Shown: positions 19,206 through 28,403 of the stretch, one piece after another
Numbering within the stretch: position 1 is the first letter of the stretch
Layout: every line of letters starts with the position of its first letter
Origin: Nitrospinota bacterium
GTDB taxonomy: Bacteria; UBA8248
DNA: 37,281 bases
Assembly (NCBI GenBank): GCA_036231405.1
Contig: JAZAHK010000038.1
Location: forward strand, 1 to 37,281
Reading direction: 5' to 3'
Position numbers and translations under genes: made by a program
The notes under the pieces: generated by a model
Database searches by the model: none
Told to the model about the DNA's origin: nothing
The model's input: only the letters and a program-made list of their open reading frames with translations

Positions 19206-19752
19206 TTGCGATGCCACTCCACTTGAAGGGGTTTATCTTTTACACAGGGAGATCAATGTCGACAAACGCGGATCGTTTACTCGTCTTTTTGAAACAGATT
19301 GGTTTGATAAATTTGGTTTAGATGGTCAAGTGGCTCAAATTAATTATTCTTCTACAAAATTGAAGGGCGCTGTACGCGGTATGCATTACCAATTGCCACC
19401 TAATGCAGACGCAAAAATTGTTACCTGTATTAGTGGAAAGGTTCATGATGTAGTCGTTGATGTAAGAAAAGGATCAAATACTTTTCTCAAATCGTTTGAA
19501 GTGGAATTGAGTGAGACTAGTAATCTTTCTCTTATTATTTCTGCAGGATTCGCACATGGTTTTCAGGCGCTCACCAATAAATGTGAACTTGTATATATTC
19601 ATAATCGTCAATATGACAGTTTTTCAGAGAGAGGTCTTCATCCAGAAGATCCAATTTTAGATATTGAGTGGCCAGAAAAGATAACTCTTCTTTCGGAACG
19701 TGACAATTCTCATGATTTGCTTTCAAGCGGATGGGAAGGGTGCAAGTTTTGA
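19189..19752 (+). CDS. rmlC: NDP-4-keto-6-deoxyglucose 3,5-epimerase (RmlC cupin)
   Basis: D.RG.F.R, VRGMHYQ, DVVVDVRKGS.TF, GFAHGFQAL, DP.L.IEWP, S.RD. Confidence 0.92.
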   Translation: MEFPFDCDATPLEGVYLLHREINVDKRGSFTRLFETDWFDKFGLDGQVAQINYSSTKLKGAVRGMHYQLPPNADAKIVTCISGKVHDVVVDVRKGSNTFLKSFEVELSETSNLSLIISAGFAHGFQALTNKCELVYIHNRQYDSFSERGLHPEDPILDIEWPEKITLLSERDNSHDLLSSGWEGCKF

Positions 19753-20975
19753 AATGTCGATCTTGTCATGCAGATGTGAAACATTGTTTTTTAGACCTAG
19801 GAATAGCCCCACCTTCTAATGCTTTGATAAATAGTGACGATGTTTCACTTCATGAGAAGAAATTTCCACTAAGAGTTTTCGTATGTGACTACTGTTGGCT
19901 CGCGCAAACCGAAGATTTTGTTAGGCCGGATGAACTGTTTAACGCTGACTATTCTTACTTCAGTGGTTTTTCCAGTACTTGGTTGTACCACTGTCGGAGT
20001 TTGGTTGAAAAAATAGTTGAAGATTTTTCTATTACTTCGACTGACAAGATCTTTGAAGTGGCATCAAATGACGGAACTTTATTAGAAATTTTTGAGTCTT
20101 TTGGATTTCAGTGTTTAGGTATTGAACCAACCCGTACTGCTGCTCAAGTTTCTAGAAAAAAAGGACTACTGGTTATTGAAGAATTTATTGGTTTGGATTC
20201 TGCAAAGAATATTTCTAAAATACACGGGAAAGCACAAGTGGTAATTGCGAACAATGTATTAGCCCACGTCCCAGATATCAATGATTTTATAAGAGGCTGT
20301 TTAGAGCTGTTAGATGATGCAGGGATTGCGATTTTTGAGTTTCAAAGCCTTTTCAAATTAATGGAAAAAGGACTCTTCGATACGATTTATCATGAGCATT
20401 TTTCGTACCTTTCGTTTACCGCTGCGTTCAATATATTTTCTTCTTTGGGATTAACGATTATTGATGTTGAGGAAGTTGATACGCACGGAGGGAGTCTGAG
20501 AGTTTTTGCACAACATTCCGATTCTGGAGTCAATAAAACCAAAGAAAGTGTTAGCAGGATGCTTAATTTCGAAGAAAAAAATGGTGTAAAAAGCTTTCAT
20601 TTCTATAAAGGTCTACAAGAAAAGGCCAACGAGTGCAGAAAAAACTTTCTTGATTTTCTCCAGGATAAAAAAAATGAGGAATCAGTTGTGATCGCGTATG
20701 GTGCGGCTGCAAAAGGAAATACTTTGTTAAATTTTTCATCTGTAGATGAAAAATTGATTAAATATGTCGTGGATCGCAATATTGAAAAACAAGGTAAGTA
20801 TCTACCAGGCAGTAAACTCTTGGTTGTTTCTGAAAATCGAATAACTGAAGATAAGCCCGACTATGTAGTTGTATTGCCGTGGAATATCTCCTCCGAAATC
20901 AGTGAGCAGCTTACTTATGTTGAAGAATGGGGAGGAAAGTTGGTAACTGCTGTACCCCGACTAAAAATTTTGTGA
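19749..20975 (+). CDS. NDP-hexose C-methyltransferase (Zn-binding N-terminus, TcaB9/EryBIII/NovU-like)
   Basis: CRSC...CDYC Zn site, EVASNDG, ANNVLAHVPD, FDTIYHEH, THGGSLR, YGAAAKGNT. TTG start overlapping the rmlC stop preferred (ORF open from 19731). Confidence 0.92.
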   Translation: MKCRSCHADVKHCFLDLGIAPPSNALINSDDVSLHEKKFPLRVFVCDYCWLAQTEDFVRPDELFNADYSYFSGFSSTWLYHCRSLVEKIVEDFSITSTDKIFEVASNDGTLLEIFESFGFQCLGIEPTRTAAQVSRKKGLLVIEEFIGLDSAKNISKIHGKAQVVIANNVLAHVPDINDFIRGCLELLDDAGIAIFEFQSLFKLMEKGLFDTIYHEHFSYLSFTAAFNIFSSLGLTIIDVEEVDTHGGSLRVFAQHSDSGVNKTKESVSRMLNFEEKNGVKSFHFYKGLQEKANECRKNFLDFLQDKKNEESVVIAYGAAAKGNTLLNFSSVDEKLIKYVVDRNIEKQGKYLPGSKLLVVSENRITEDKPDYVVVLPWNISSEISEQLTYVEEWGGKLVTAVPRLKIL

Positions 20976-22087
20976 AGAAAAAAATTCCTTACACACGACC
21001 TTCGATTACTGATCTAGAAATCGAACATGCAGTCGAAGCGGCACGTAATGGGTGGGGTGAGAATTGTTATAGATATATAGATCTTTTCGAACAAGCTCTT
21101 AGGGAAAAATTTGGAACAACTTTTGCAATCGCAACCTCGAGTTGCACGGGTGCACTTCATCTTGGTTTAGCAGCAATTGGTGTTGGGCAAGGTGATGAGG
21201 TTGTATTGGCTGATACTAATTGGATAGCTACTGTTGCACCTGTAGTTCATTTGGGAGCTACGCCTGTTTTTGTTGATATTGATCCAGTTACTTGGTGCAT
21301 AGATCCAAGTAGTGCAAAATCTGCAATAACAAAAAAGACAAAAGCGATAATTGCTACTCACCTTTATGGGAATCTTTGCGATATGAACGAGTTAACTTCT
21401 TTAGCATCAAAAAACAATATTTTATTGATAGAAGATGCGGCGGAAGCGTGGGGTTCAACTTACTTTGGATCACCAGCGGGAAGTATCTCAGAGTTTGGCG
21501 TTTTTTCATTCCACGGGTCGAAAACGCTTACGACAGGAGAGGGGGGTGCTTTGATAACAAATAATAAAGATTTTTTTGATCAAGTGACAACACTGTCAAA
21601 TCATGGTCGAGAGTCTGATGCCTTACAAGAGTTTAGGCCAGCATATGTCGGTTATAAGTTTAAGATGTCGAATATACAGGCTTCTTTGGGATTTGCTCAG
21701 ATGCTAAGGAGTGATGAGTTAGTCACGAGACGGCGTGAGATTTTAGATCTTTATCGCGACAAATTTTCTGGAATTGATGGTATTTCTTTGAATCCAATAC
21801 AAGAGGGTTGTGAAAGTGGTGCATGGATGCCAACTTTGTCATTTTCTAATCTTCCGGAAGATAAACGTATTGACTCAGTAGTCTCGTCTATGCGAAAAAA
21901 AGGAATTGATGCACGACCGGTTTTCCCGCCACTTTCAGAATTAGATCCATTTGACTTTGAACCCTGTAAAAACGCAAAGCGCTTTTCAGAGGTCTCCTTG
22001 AATCTTCCTTCTTTTCATGATATTTCAGAAGAGGAAATGGATTTCGTCGTAGATGTAGTAAAGAATGAACATAATAATTTAAAGTAA
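20972..22087 (+). CDS. DegT-family sugar aminotransferase (perosamine-synthase-like, probably C4)
   Basis: SSCTGALHL, EDAAEA, SFHGSKTLTTGEGG, GYKFKMSNIQA, LNLPS. GTG overlapping the upstream TGA preferred (ORF open from 20927). Confidence 0.9.
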   Translation: MKKKIPYTRPSITDLEIEHAVEAARNGWGENCYRYIDLFEQALREKFGTTFAIATSSCTGALHLGLAAIGVGQGDEVVLADTNWIATVAPVVHLGATPVFVDIDPVTWCIDPSSAKSAITKKTKAIIATHLYGNLCDMNELTSLASKNNILLIEDAAEAWGSTYFGSPAGSISEFGVFSFHGSKTLTTGEGGALITNNKDFFDQVTTLSNHGRESDALQEFRPAYVGYKFKMSNIQASLGFAQMLRSDELVTRRREILDLYRDKFSGIDGISLNPIQEGCESGAWMPTLSFSNLPEDKRIDSVVSSMRKKGIDARPVFPPLSELDPFDFEPCKNAKRFSEVSLNLPSFHDISEEEMDFVVDVVKNEHNNLK

Positions 22088-22107
22088 CAATTTTTTGGGA
22101 GAAAAAT

Positions 22108-22830
22108 TTGTCTGACATACCTAAAGGAAAATTTCATGGACTGACAGAAATGGATTCAGATTCGCTGATATGGAGTAAAAAGGCTATTTCTGATGGTTAT
22201 ATGCATAGATTTTCTTGGTTTGGACGACCTGTCATTCAGTTTCCTCAAGATTTGATTGCGATACAGGAGATAATTTTTGCAACTAAACCTGATTTTGTCA
22301 TAGAGACTGGCATAGCTCATGGTGGTTCATTAGCTTTTACCGCTTCACTTCTTGAATTAAATAGTTTTTTTGGAGGCCCAAAAGATGCTTCGGTACTGGG
22401 AATAGATATAGATATTAGAACCCATAACCTTAAAGCTCTTAATGAACACCCATTGCGTGAACGAATCAATTTAATTGAAGGGGACAGCACTGATGCAGAG
22501 GTCATCAACAGAGTTACGAAAGAAACTTTAAGTAAAAAAACTGTAATGGTCATTCTGGACAGCGATCATACTGAAGATCATGTTTTAAGTGAATTGCTTG
22601 CATATGCCGATCTTGTTTCAGTTGGTTCTTATTGCATAGTTCTTGACACGATTATTGAATTTTTGCCTGAAGATTTTTTCCCAGATCGACCTTGGTCTCG
22701 TGGGAATAATCCTTATACAGCTTTACAGAAGTTCTTGTCTATGAATAAAGATTTTTTGCCACAAAATAGTATTAACCAGAAGATTGGAATTTCTGCAGCT
22801 CCAGGGGGCTATTTACTCCGTGCGAAGTAG
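22108..22830 (+). CDS. CmcI (cephalosporin hydroxylase) family SAM-dependent methyltransferase, likely sugar O-methyltransferase
   Basis: FSWFGRPVIQ.PQD...QEII...KPD.VIETG.AHGG, GIDIDIR, VILDSDH..HV..EL..Y. Confidence 0.9.
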   Translation: MSDIPKGKFHGLTEMDSDSLIWSKKAISDGYMHRFSWFGRPVIQFPQDLIAIQEIIFATKPDFVIETGIAHGGSLAFTASLLELNSFFGGPKDASVLGIDIDIRTHNLKALNEHPLRERINLIEGDSTDAEVINRVTKETLSKKTVMVILDSDHTEDHVLSELLAYADLVSVGSYCIVLDTIIEFLPEDFFPDRPWSRGNNPYTALQKFLSMNKDFLPQNSINQKIGISAAPGGYLLRAK

Positions 22831-22851
22831 ACGTTACATTACATTTTCAGT

Positions 22852-24567
22852 CTAATCAGTGTTAATCATTTTTTCTTTTAAGATCTCTTCATGTATGAAG
22901 AAGATTTTGTCACAGATGTTCAATACCTCTTGGTTGTGAGAGGCGATTATGATCGTGACATCTTTGCGCAGTTTTTCAATCGCTTCACAAATTTTACTAG
23001 TCGCCTTATCATCAAGCGAAGATGTGGGTTCATCTAGCAGAAGCAATTTTGGTTTTGTTGCAAGTGCTCTAGCTAGGCTTAGTCTTTGTCTTTGACCTCC
23101 GGACAACATACTTCCAGATTCACCTATATCTTTGTCTAAAGATTGAATGGTTTCGTGTGTTGCATAATATGAGCGCAGAGCCGCTTCGTGTATTTCTATA
23201 TCGGTCAGCGAATATCTAAAAAATTCGATGTTATTTTTCGCTGTGCCTTTCATCAATGCTGATTCTTGACTTGTTAATGCATATATTTTTTTCCAAGATA
23301 TAGGTGAGACAGCTTCAAGAGGGTTTTTGTCAATAAGAATTTGACCTGAATTAGGTTTGATTAGACCCGCAATTAACTCCAGGAGTGTTGATTTTCCACT
23401 TCCGGAAATCCCAGACAGTCCGATTATCTCTCCGGAAGATATCTCTAGAGAAATTTCCTTGAATACTTCGTGACCATCAGGATAGGAGAAATTTAGGCCA
23501 ACAATTTTTATTTCAGAAAAATCATTTATATCTACCCCTATTGTTTCTTCTTTTTCAGAGATAAGCGTGGTCATTGCAGCGTTTAGATTTTCGAAGACCC
23601 CGGTTAGCGATCGTTTCATAGCAAAGAAAAAATAGACTGTTTGTCCATAAGTTAACGATCGGAGCATTAAAAGTGTTACAGCTCCAAACTTGTCAAGATT
23701 TTCTAAAGAACCTTTTGAAACTATCCATAGCCCGAAAGTAAGGAATCCATAGGCACCACTTATGTATACAGGGCTGATTGTCTGCAAAAAGAATTCCATT
23801 TTTCTTCTTGCTCGAGTTTCTTTCTTGATTTCCTTATCTATTTTGGTTCCAACTACTTTTGTAACATCAGAAGAGTGTATTTCTAGAGCTAGTGAGTTTA
23901 TTTCTGAAATCGAAGTAGCTAGTTCCATCTGTTTGTTAGCGGTAATGCTGGATTTTTCGGCAATTGCTTTCCGGATTGGAAACAGGGCCGTGCCAACGAT
24001 TAGGAGAACTGCTAATGAAAAGATTGTTACGATTGGATCTACTATTAAGGCGATAATCATAAGTGCAAAAAGACTTATAGCTGAAAATAGTGCCTGATTG
24101 AATGAGTTTAAGAGGGCACTCAGTTCTTGAGCGAATCCAACAATTAGTTGTTGTAGCCGTCCGCCAGCAAACTGCTTTTTTATGCTCCACGTAGATGATA
24201 GGTATTGTTCGAGTACTTCGACTCTGAGGTCAGTCATAACTTTTTCAGTTAAACCTGTTTGCAGCCATAATGATATTTCACTAAAAATTAGACGGATTAG
24301 AACTAAGACTCCTCCAAGCGCAAGAGTGGAATCACCTTCTAGGTCAAATACACCTAGAGTTTTCATAGTTCCTTCTATGCCCGTCAACGAGATCGCAGCT
24401 GATGTTATAACAACCAGAAAGAGTGCCTCGGCAAACCCTACGATTCCATTTGAAATTGCATTAATTGCAATTCTTAAGGAGTTTGGCATCATAAGTTTTT
24501 TAAAAGTAATTTCATCCGGTTCGGTTTGATTCAATGACGCCTTTTCTCTTTTTAGTCGTTTTTTCAT
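22852..24567 (-). CDS. ABC exporter, fused permease + ATPase (PglK/Wzk/MsbA-like candidate lipid-linked glycan flippase)
   Basis: N-terminal TM domain; Walker A GISGSGKS, signature LSGGQRQR, Walker B LLLLDEPT, H-loop SH. Alternative TTG start at 24573. Confidence 0.9.
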   Translation of the reverse strand: MKKRLKREKASLNQTEPDEITFKKLMMPNSLRIAINAISNGIVGFAEALFLVVITSAAISLTGIEGTMKTLGVFDLEGDSTLALGGVLVLIRLIFSEISLWLQTGLTEKVMTDLRVEVLEQYLSSTWSIKKQFAGGRLQQLIVGFAQELSALLNSFNQALFSAISLFALMIIALIVDPIVTIFSLAVLLIVGTALFPIRKAIAEKSSITANKQMELATSISEINSLALEIHSSDVTKVVGTKIDKEIKKETRARRKMEFFLQTISPVYISGAYGFLTFGLWIVSKGSLENLDKFGAVTLLMLRSLTYGQTVYFFFAMKRSLTGVFENLNAAMTTLISEKEETIGVDINDFSEIKIVGLNFSYPDGHEVFKEISLEISSGEIIGLSGISGSGKSTLLELIAGLIKPNSGQILIDKNPLEAVSPISWKKIYALTSQESALMKGTAKNNIEFFRYSLTDIEIHEAALRSYYATHETIQSLDKDIGESGSMLSGGQRQRLSLARALATKPKLLLLDEPTSSLDDKATSKICEAIEKLRKDVTIIIASHNQEVLNICDKIFFIHEEILKEKMINTD

Positions 24568-24581
24568 AATCAAATTTTCTT

Positions 24582-25760
24582 TTATGGAAGAGCTATTACC
24601 ACTATTTTATTGTGTGTGTTCTTTTTAATTGCATCAAGAATTTCATCTTTGTATACAGGATTGCTAATTACTAAAACATCATTATCGCCTAGCAATGCGA
24701 GTCCTTCTTTGGGGGACAGGATTTCAACTCCAGAAGTGTGAATAAATTTGCCTTGCCTGCCAGGGTCAGAGTCAATGATTCCTATCGGTGGTGCTATCCC
24801 GTATTGTTCGGTACAGAAAAAACTAAATGTCACTCCTTTGCTTGACCCTCCCCAAATAATGTATTTATTGTCTTTTATAACTTCTTTTAGTTGTTTGATC
24901 TGTTTGCCTAGTGATTTTTTTAATTCTATTATCAATTTGTAATTGCTATGTGTAGGAAGAAGTTGTGTTGTCAACTGGGTGTCGAAATCTACGCATATAA
25001 GCATGTTTTGATTTTCTATCGTGTAATCAAGTCTTTTAATACTCGATCCAAAAATTTTCCTCATGGAAGATTCGGTGAAATAATTTATCCGTTCATTGGA
25101 AAGATCCCATACTCTTTTCATAGAGGTCACTTGATCGAAAGACATGAGTTCCATAAAAAGTAGAAAAGGTTTTGAATTTATTTTCAATATGTGATTTAGG
25201 AATGATACGGGATTTGGCACATCGTCTAGAACATGACGAAGAATGATTGCATCTGCATTTAAGGGAAAATCAGAGTCATCCAGATAACGATTAGTGACAA
25301 GATCTTTATTTTTTTTGCAAGCGGCGTCATAACCATGAAGGTTAGTAAAACCATTTTCCCGAAGTTGTTCAAGAAAAATCCCATCACCACATCCGATTTC
25401 TCGAATACATTTTTCTTTTGGGGTGTATTGACCTATGAGATTTATTAAATTTCCAGTATTTTTTTCATAAATTTTTGAAAAATTTTGAGAAGCTCGGTAT
25501 CCGTCATTAAATGAAATCAACTTGTTTGTGGTATTCACATGGATTTTTGAATTCGGACAAATTTTTAGTCTAAATAGAGTTTTGTCTGCTTCTAGGGCTT
25601 TGGATTTTGAATTATAGAGGCGATTAGCGGAATCGGGAACATAAATTTTTCTGCCTTTAAGTTTCATTAGTTTCCTTATGCGACATCTGTTAATGACTTT
25701 AATCCGAACTGATTCCCAATAGTGTGTGATAATGGAAATTGTTCGGTTTGGATCTTTCAT
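24582..25760 (-). CDS. Divergent SAM-dependent methyltransferase with C-methyltransferase-type C-terminal domain
   Basis: EIGCGDG motif I, LRHVL, WGGSSKG, DSDPGRQGKFI..SG..I.SP (parallels YGAAAKG...D.N.EKQGKYLPGS of 19749..20975). Start uncertain (25760 ATG or 25796 TTG). Confidence 0.78.
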   Translation of the reverse strand: MKDPNRTISIITHYWESVRIKVINRCRIRKLMKLKGRKIYVPDSANRLYNSKSKALEADKTLFRLKICPNSKIHVNTTNKLISFNDGYRASQNFSKIYEKNTGNLINLIGQYTPKEKCIREIGCGDGIFLEQLRENGFTNLHGYDAACKKNKDLVTNRYLDDSDFPLNADAIILRHVLDDVPNPVSFLNHILKINSKPFLLFMELMSFDQVTSMKRVWDLSNERINYFTESSMRKIFGSSIKRLDYTIENQNMLICVDFDTQLTTQLLPTHSNYKLIIELKKSLGKQIKQLKEVIKDNKYIIWGGSSKGVTFSFFCTEQYGIAPPIGIIDSDPGRQGKFIHTSGVEILSPKEGLALLGDNDVLVISNPVYKDEILDAIKKNTHNKIVVIALP

Positions 25761-25819
25761 GTATTGATTTTCCTGTCGGGGTGGCAATGCATGCAAAGGG
25801 TAGGCGGTGTTTTTAGGGA

Positions 25820-27037
25820 ATGGGTTTTTCAGGTGAAGGTGAAGTAGAAAATTCTATTCGAGAGTTTGAAGTTGTAGTGGTTGGAGGAAGCCCGCTGATG
25901 GTGTTTGAAGCGGTTCGCCTTTCCCAAGAGGGAAAGAAAGTAGCAATTATTGACAGAAAGACCTCGCTAGGAGGAGCATGGTATATAGCTGATTTGGATG
26001 ATTTTGAGAAAGTTGAAATGGGGTGCCACTATATAGAAAGAAGTAAAGTTGCGTATGATTTTTTTGAGGGTTTGATTGGAGAGCCTTTGGAAATAATGAA
26101 TCCAAGGCCTTATTTTCACTGGTGGGTTTTTAGACTCGATAGAGCATCAACATTTGCATATCGACTGTATAGAGTAAAAAAAATTCTTTTAGAGCGCGAC
26201 TATCGTGAGTTTTTTGAGGCGTCTATACGTGTTATGTCGAGATTTTTTTCTCGAAAGCTAAAAGCACTTAATTTGCAGCGAGTTTCAAATCCAAATGATG
26301 TTAACTTAGGGGGCCCTTTCGGACCAACTCATGCAACAAGGCCATTTAAAAGTTTGGCAAAATCAGATAGAAAACTTCCTTATCGTTATCCACGAGAAGG
26401 TTGCAAACAGATAGTTGAAGCCCTGGAGAGGATTTGCTCTGAAAATAATGTGGAAGTTATTTTCGATGCTTCTCTTTTGGCAGTTGACTGTGAATCGAAT
26501 AACCCAGTTAATTGCCTTACGACAAAGGGAATTTTGCAATGTGATGAGTTGATTCTTAGTTCTTGCTCACAACTAAATGCATTAAATATTGATGGAGACG
26601 ACTATTCAATTTCATCATTCAATGGAACCCAGTGCTCAGTGGTACTTCATGTAAAAGGGGAGATTGTCAGACCTTTTACTTATTTTGAAATTGTTGGACA
26701 TGATTGTTTTGCTCGTGTGAGCAATGTTGGTATTTATTCAAAGTCATTTCTTGATCAGTCTAATGCTTCTGAACATCTAATTGCAGTTCAGGTTTCTACA
26801 GCTTTCTGGGAGAACCATAAAGATTCTTTGTTACGAGCCGAAAAAGTGTTAGAAAATCTTATTAGCTTAGGAACTGTAAGCAAAGATGCAGTTTTGTGCG
26901 GAGAGTGGTCTGAGACATTTGAAAATTTTGTTTTAAGTGAAAGTGAAATAGAAAAAGTTGTTTCTTCTTCAAATAGCAAAATTCGTTTTCTTTATACTTT
27001 TAATATGAGTTGGTCTATAGAGCGATACGCCTCATGA
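25820..27037 (+). CDS. FAD/NAD(P)-binding oxidoreductase-like protein of unknown function
   Basis: VVVVGGSP...A..L...GKKVAIIDR...LGGAW, E.GCHY and YRYPREG resemble the flavin amine oxidase / UDP-galactopyranose mutase-like fold; glycine motif is atypical. Confidence 0.7.
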   Translation: MGFSGEGEVENSIREFEVVVVGGSPLMVFEAVRLSQEGKKVAIIDRKTSLGGAWYIADLDDFEKVEMGCHYIERSKVAYDFFEGLIGEPLEIMNPRPYFHWWVFRLDRASTFAYRLYRVKKILLERDYREFFEASIRVMSRFFSRKLKALNLQRVSNPNDVNLGGPFGPTHATRPFKSLAKSDRKLPYRYPREGCKQIVEALERICSENNVEVIFDASLLAVDCESNNPVNCLTTKGILQCDELILSSCSQLNALNIDGDDYSISSFNGTQCSVVLHVKGEIVRPFTYFEIVGHDCFARVSNVGIYSKSFLDQSNASEHLIAVQVSTAFWENHKDSLLRAEKVLENLISLGTVSKDAVLCGEWSETFENFVLSESEIEKVVSSSNSKIRFLYTFNMSWSIERYAS

Positions 27038-27230
27038 TACAAAAAACTATTTTTTTTCAGTTGTTAGCAAATTGTTATTTTTGGCAGGATAAAAGATTTG
27101 TAGTCGGTTCTTAGATGACTGACACAGCAGAGATTTTTGATACCAAAAGAATATTTTACGCAAAGATAAACTACGCCACTGAGATTTATTCATTGTTAGT
27201 TTCCAAATTACGACGTGAAGAGTTTGAACG

Positions 27231-28379
27231 ATGATGCCAGATGAGAAAGTAAGAGTTTTAATAATCATTGCTCGTATGAATGTAGGCGGTCCTGCTTGGT
27301 TGGCGAGTGCTTTGGCAGACGGATTACCACCTGGCGGCTTTGAAACATTACTGGTGTGTGGACATGTAGGAGATGACGAGGCTGATTACTTAGAAATGTC
27401 TGGGGAGAAAATTAGCATGCACCGTATAGACGCGCTGGGAAGGTCAATAGGGCCATTAGGTGATTTAAAAAGTCTTTTTGAGATTCGCAAGGTAATCAAA
27501 AAATTCAATCCACATATAGTTCATACACACACCGCTAAGGCGGGCTTTCTGGGTCGTTTAGCTGCCTTTTCAATGAGAGTTCCTGTTGTCGTACATACTT
27601 TTCATGGCCATTTACTTTATGGATATTTTTCGAATTTGACTGTTAAAGGGATTTGTTTGATCGAGAAGGTGTTGGCAAAGTTCTCAAATTCCTTAGTGGC
27701 TGTTGGCGAAAAGGTACGGGACGACCTTTTGTCTGTTGGTATTGGTGACTGTGACAAATTTGAGGTCATTGTGCCTGGAGTGGAAGCTGTTTGCAAGATG
27801 GAAAAAGTTTCCATACGAAAAAAGCTTGGCCTGCACGAGGATCAGATTATTTTACTTTTTGTAGGAAGACTTACAAAGATTAAACGCCTCGACAGACTTC
27901 TAGAAGCAGTGGGATTACTTAAAGATGATTTTCCAAATTTGTTACTTTTGGTCGCTGGTGGAGGTGATTTGGAGGATTCGGTTCGCGAAATGGCTTCAGA
28001 TTTAGGTTCTTCAGTCAAATTTCTTGGATGGCAAGAAGATGTTTTTTCTCTTTATTTTGCAGCTGATGTAGTTGTATTGAGTTCAGATAATGAGGGTATG
28101 CCAGTGTCTCTTATAGAGGCAGCTATAGCGGGATTGCCTGCTGTAACGACAGATGCTGGAAGTGCACGAGAGGTAGTCGTTAACGATAAGACCGGATTGG
28201 TGGTAGAAAAATCATCGATGGCTCTATCTCAAGGCTTGAGATTATTGTTTGCAGATAAAAAATACAGAGAAGAAATGGGGCAAGAGGCTCAAAAACATGC
28301 AATTAAATCTTTCAGTAAGGAGCGTTTAATTACAGATCACTTGGAGTTGTATCGTAAACTAATTGCATCGAAGAATTAA
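27231..28379 (+). CDS. Glycosyltransferase family 4
   Basis: IARMNVGGPA, HTHTAKAG.LGR, HTFHGH, VGRLTKIK, SDNEGMPVSLIEA. Confidence 0.92.
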   Translation: MMPDEKVRVLIIIARMNVGGPAWLASALADGLPPGGFETLLVCGHVGDDEADYLEMSGEKISMHRIDALGRSIGPLGDLKSLFEIRKVIKKFNPHIVHTHTAKAGFLGRLAAFSMRVPVVVHTFHGHLLYGYFSNLTVKGICLIEKVLAKFSNSLVAVGEKVRDDLLSVGIGDCDKFEVIVPGVEAVCKMEKVSIRKKLGLHEDQIILLFVGRLTKIKRLDRLLEAVGLLKDDFPNLLLLVAGGGDLEDSVREMASDLGSSVKFLGWQEDVFSLYFAADVVVLSSDNEGMPVSLIEAAIAGLPAVTTDAGSAREVVVNDKTGLVVEKSSMALSQGLRLLFADKKYREEMGQEAQKHAIKSFSKERLITDHLELYRKLIASKN

Positions 28380-28403
28380 ACTGATCTGAATGGAGATTTC
28401 CTA

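Noticed and set aside
17342-22830. Antibiotic biosynthetic cluster (deoxysugar tailoring genes, 'cephalosporin hydroxylase')
   Set aside because: No PKS/NRPS or GT1 glycosyltransferase; the context is WecA, flippase, GT2/GT4; the CmcI family has a methyltransferase fold.
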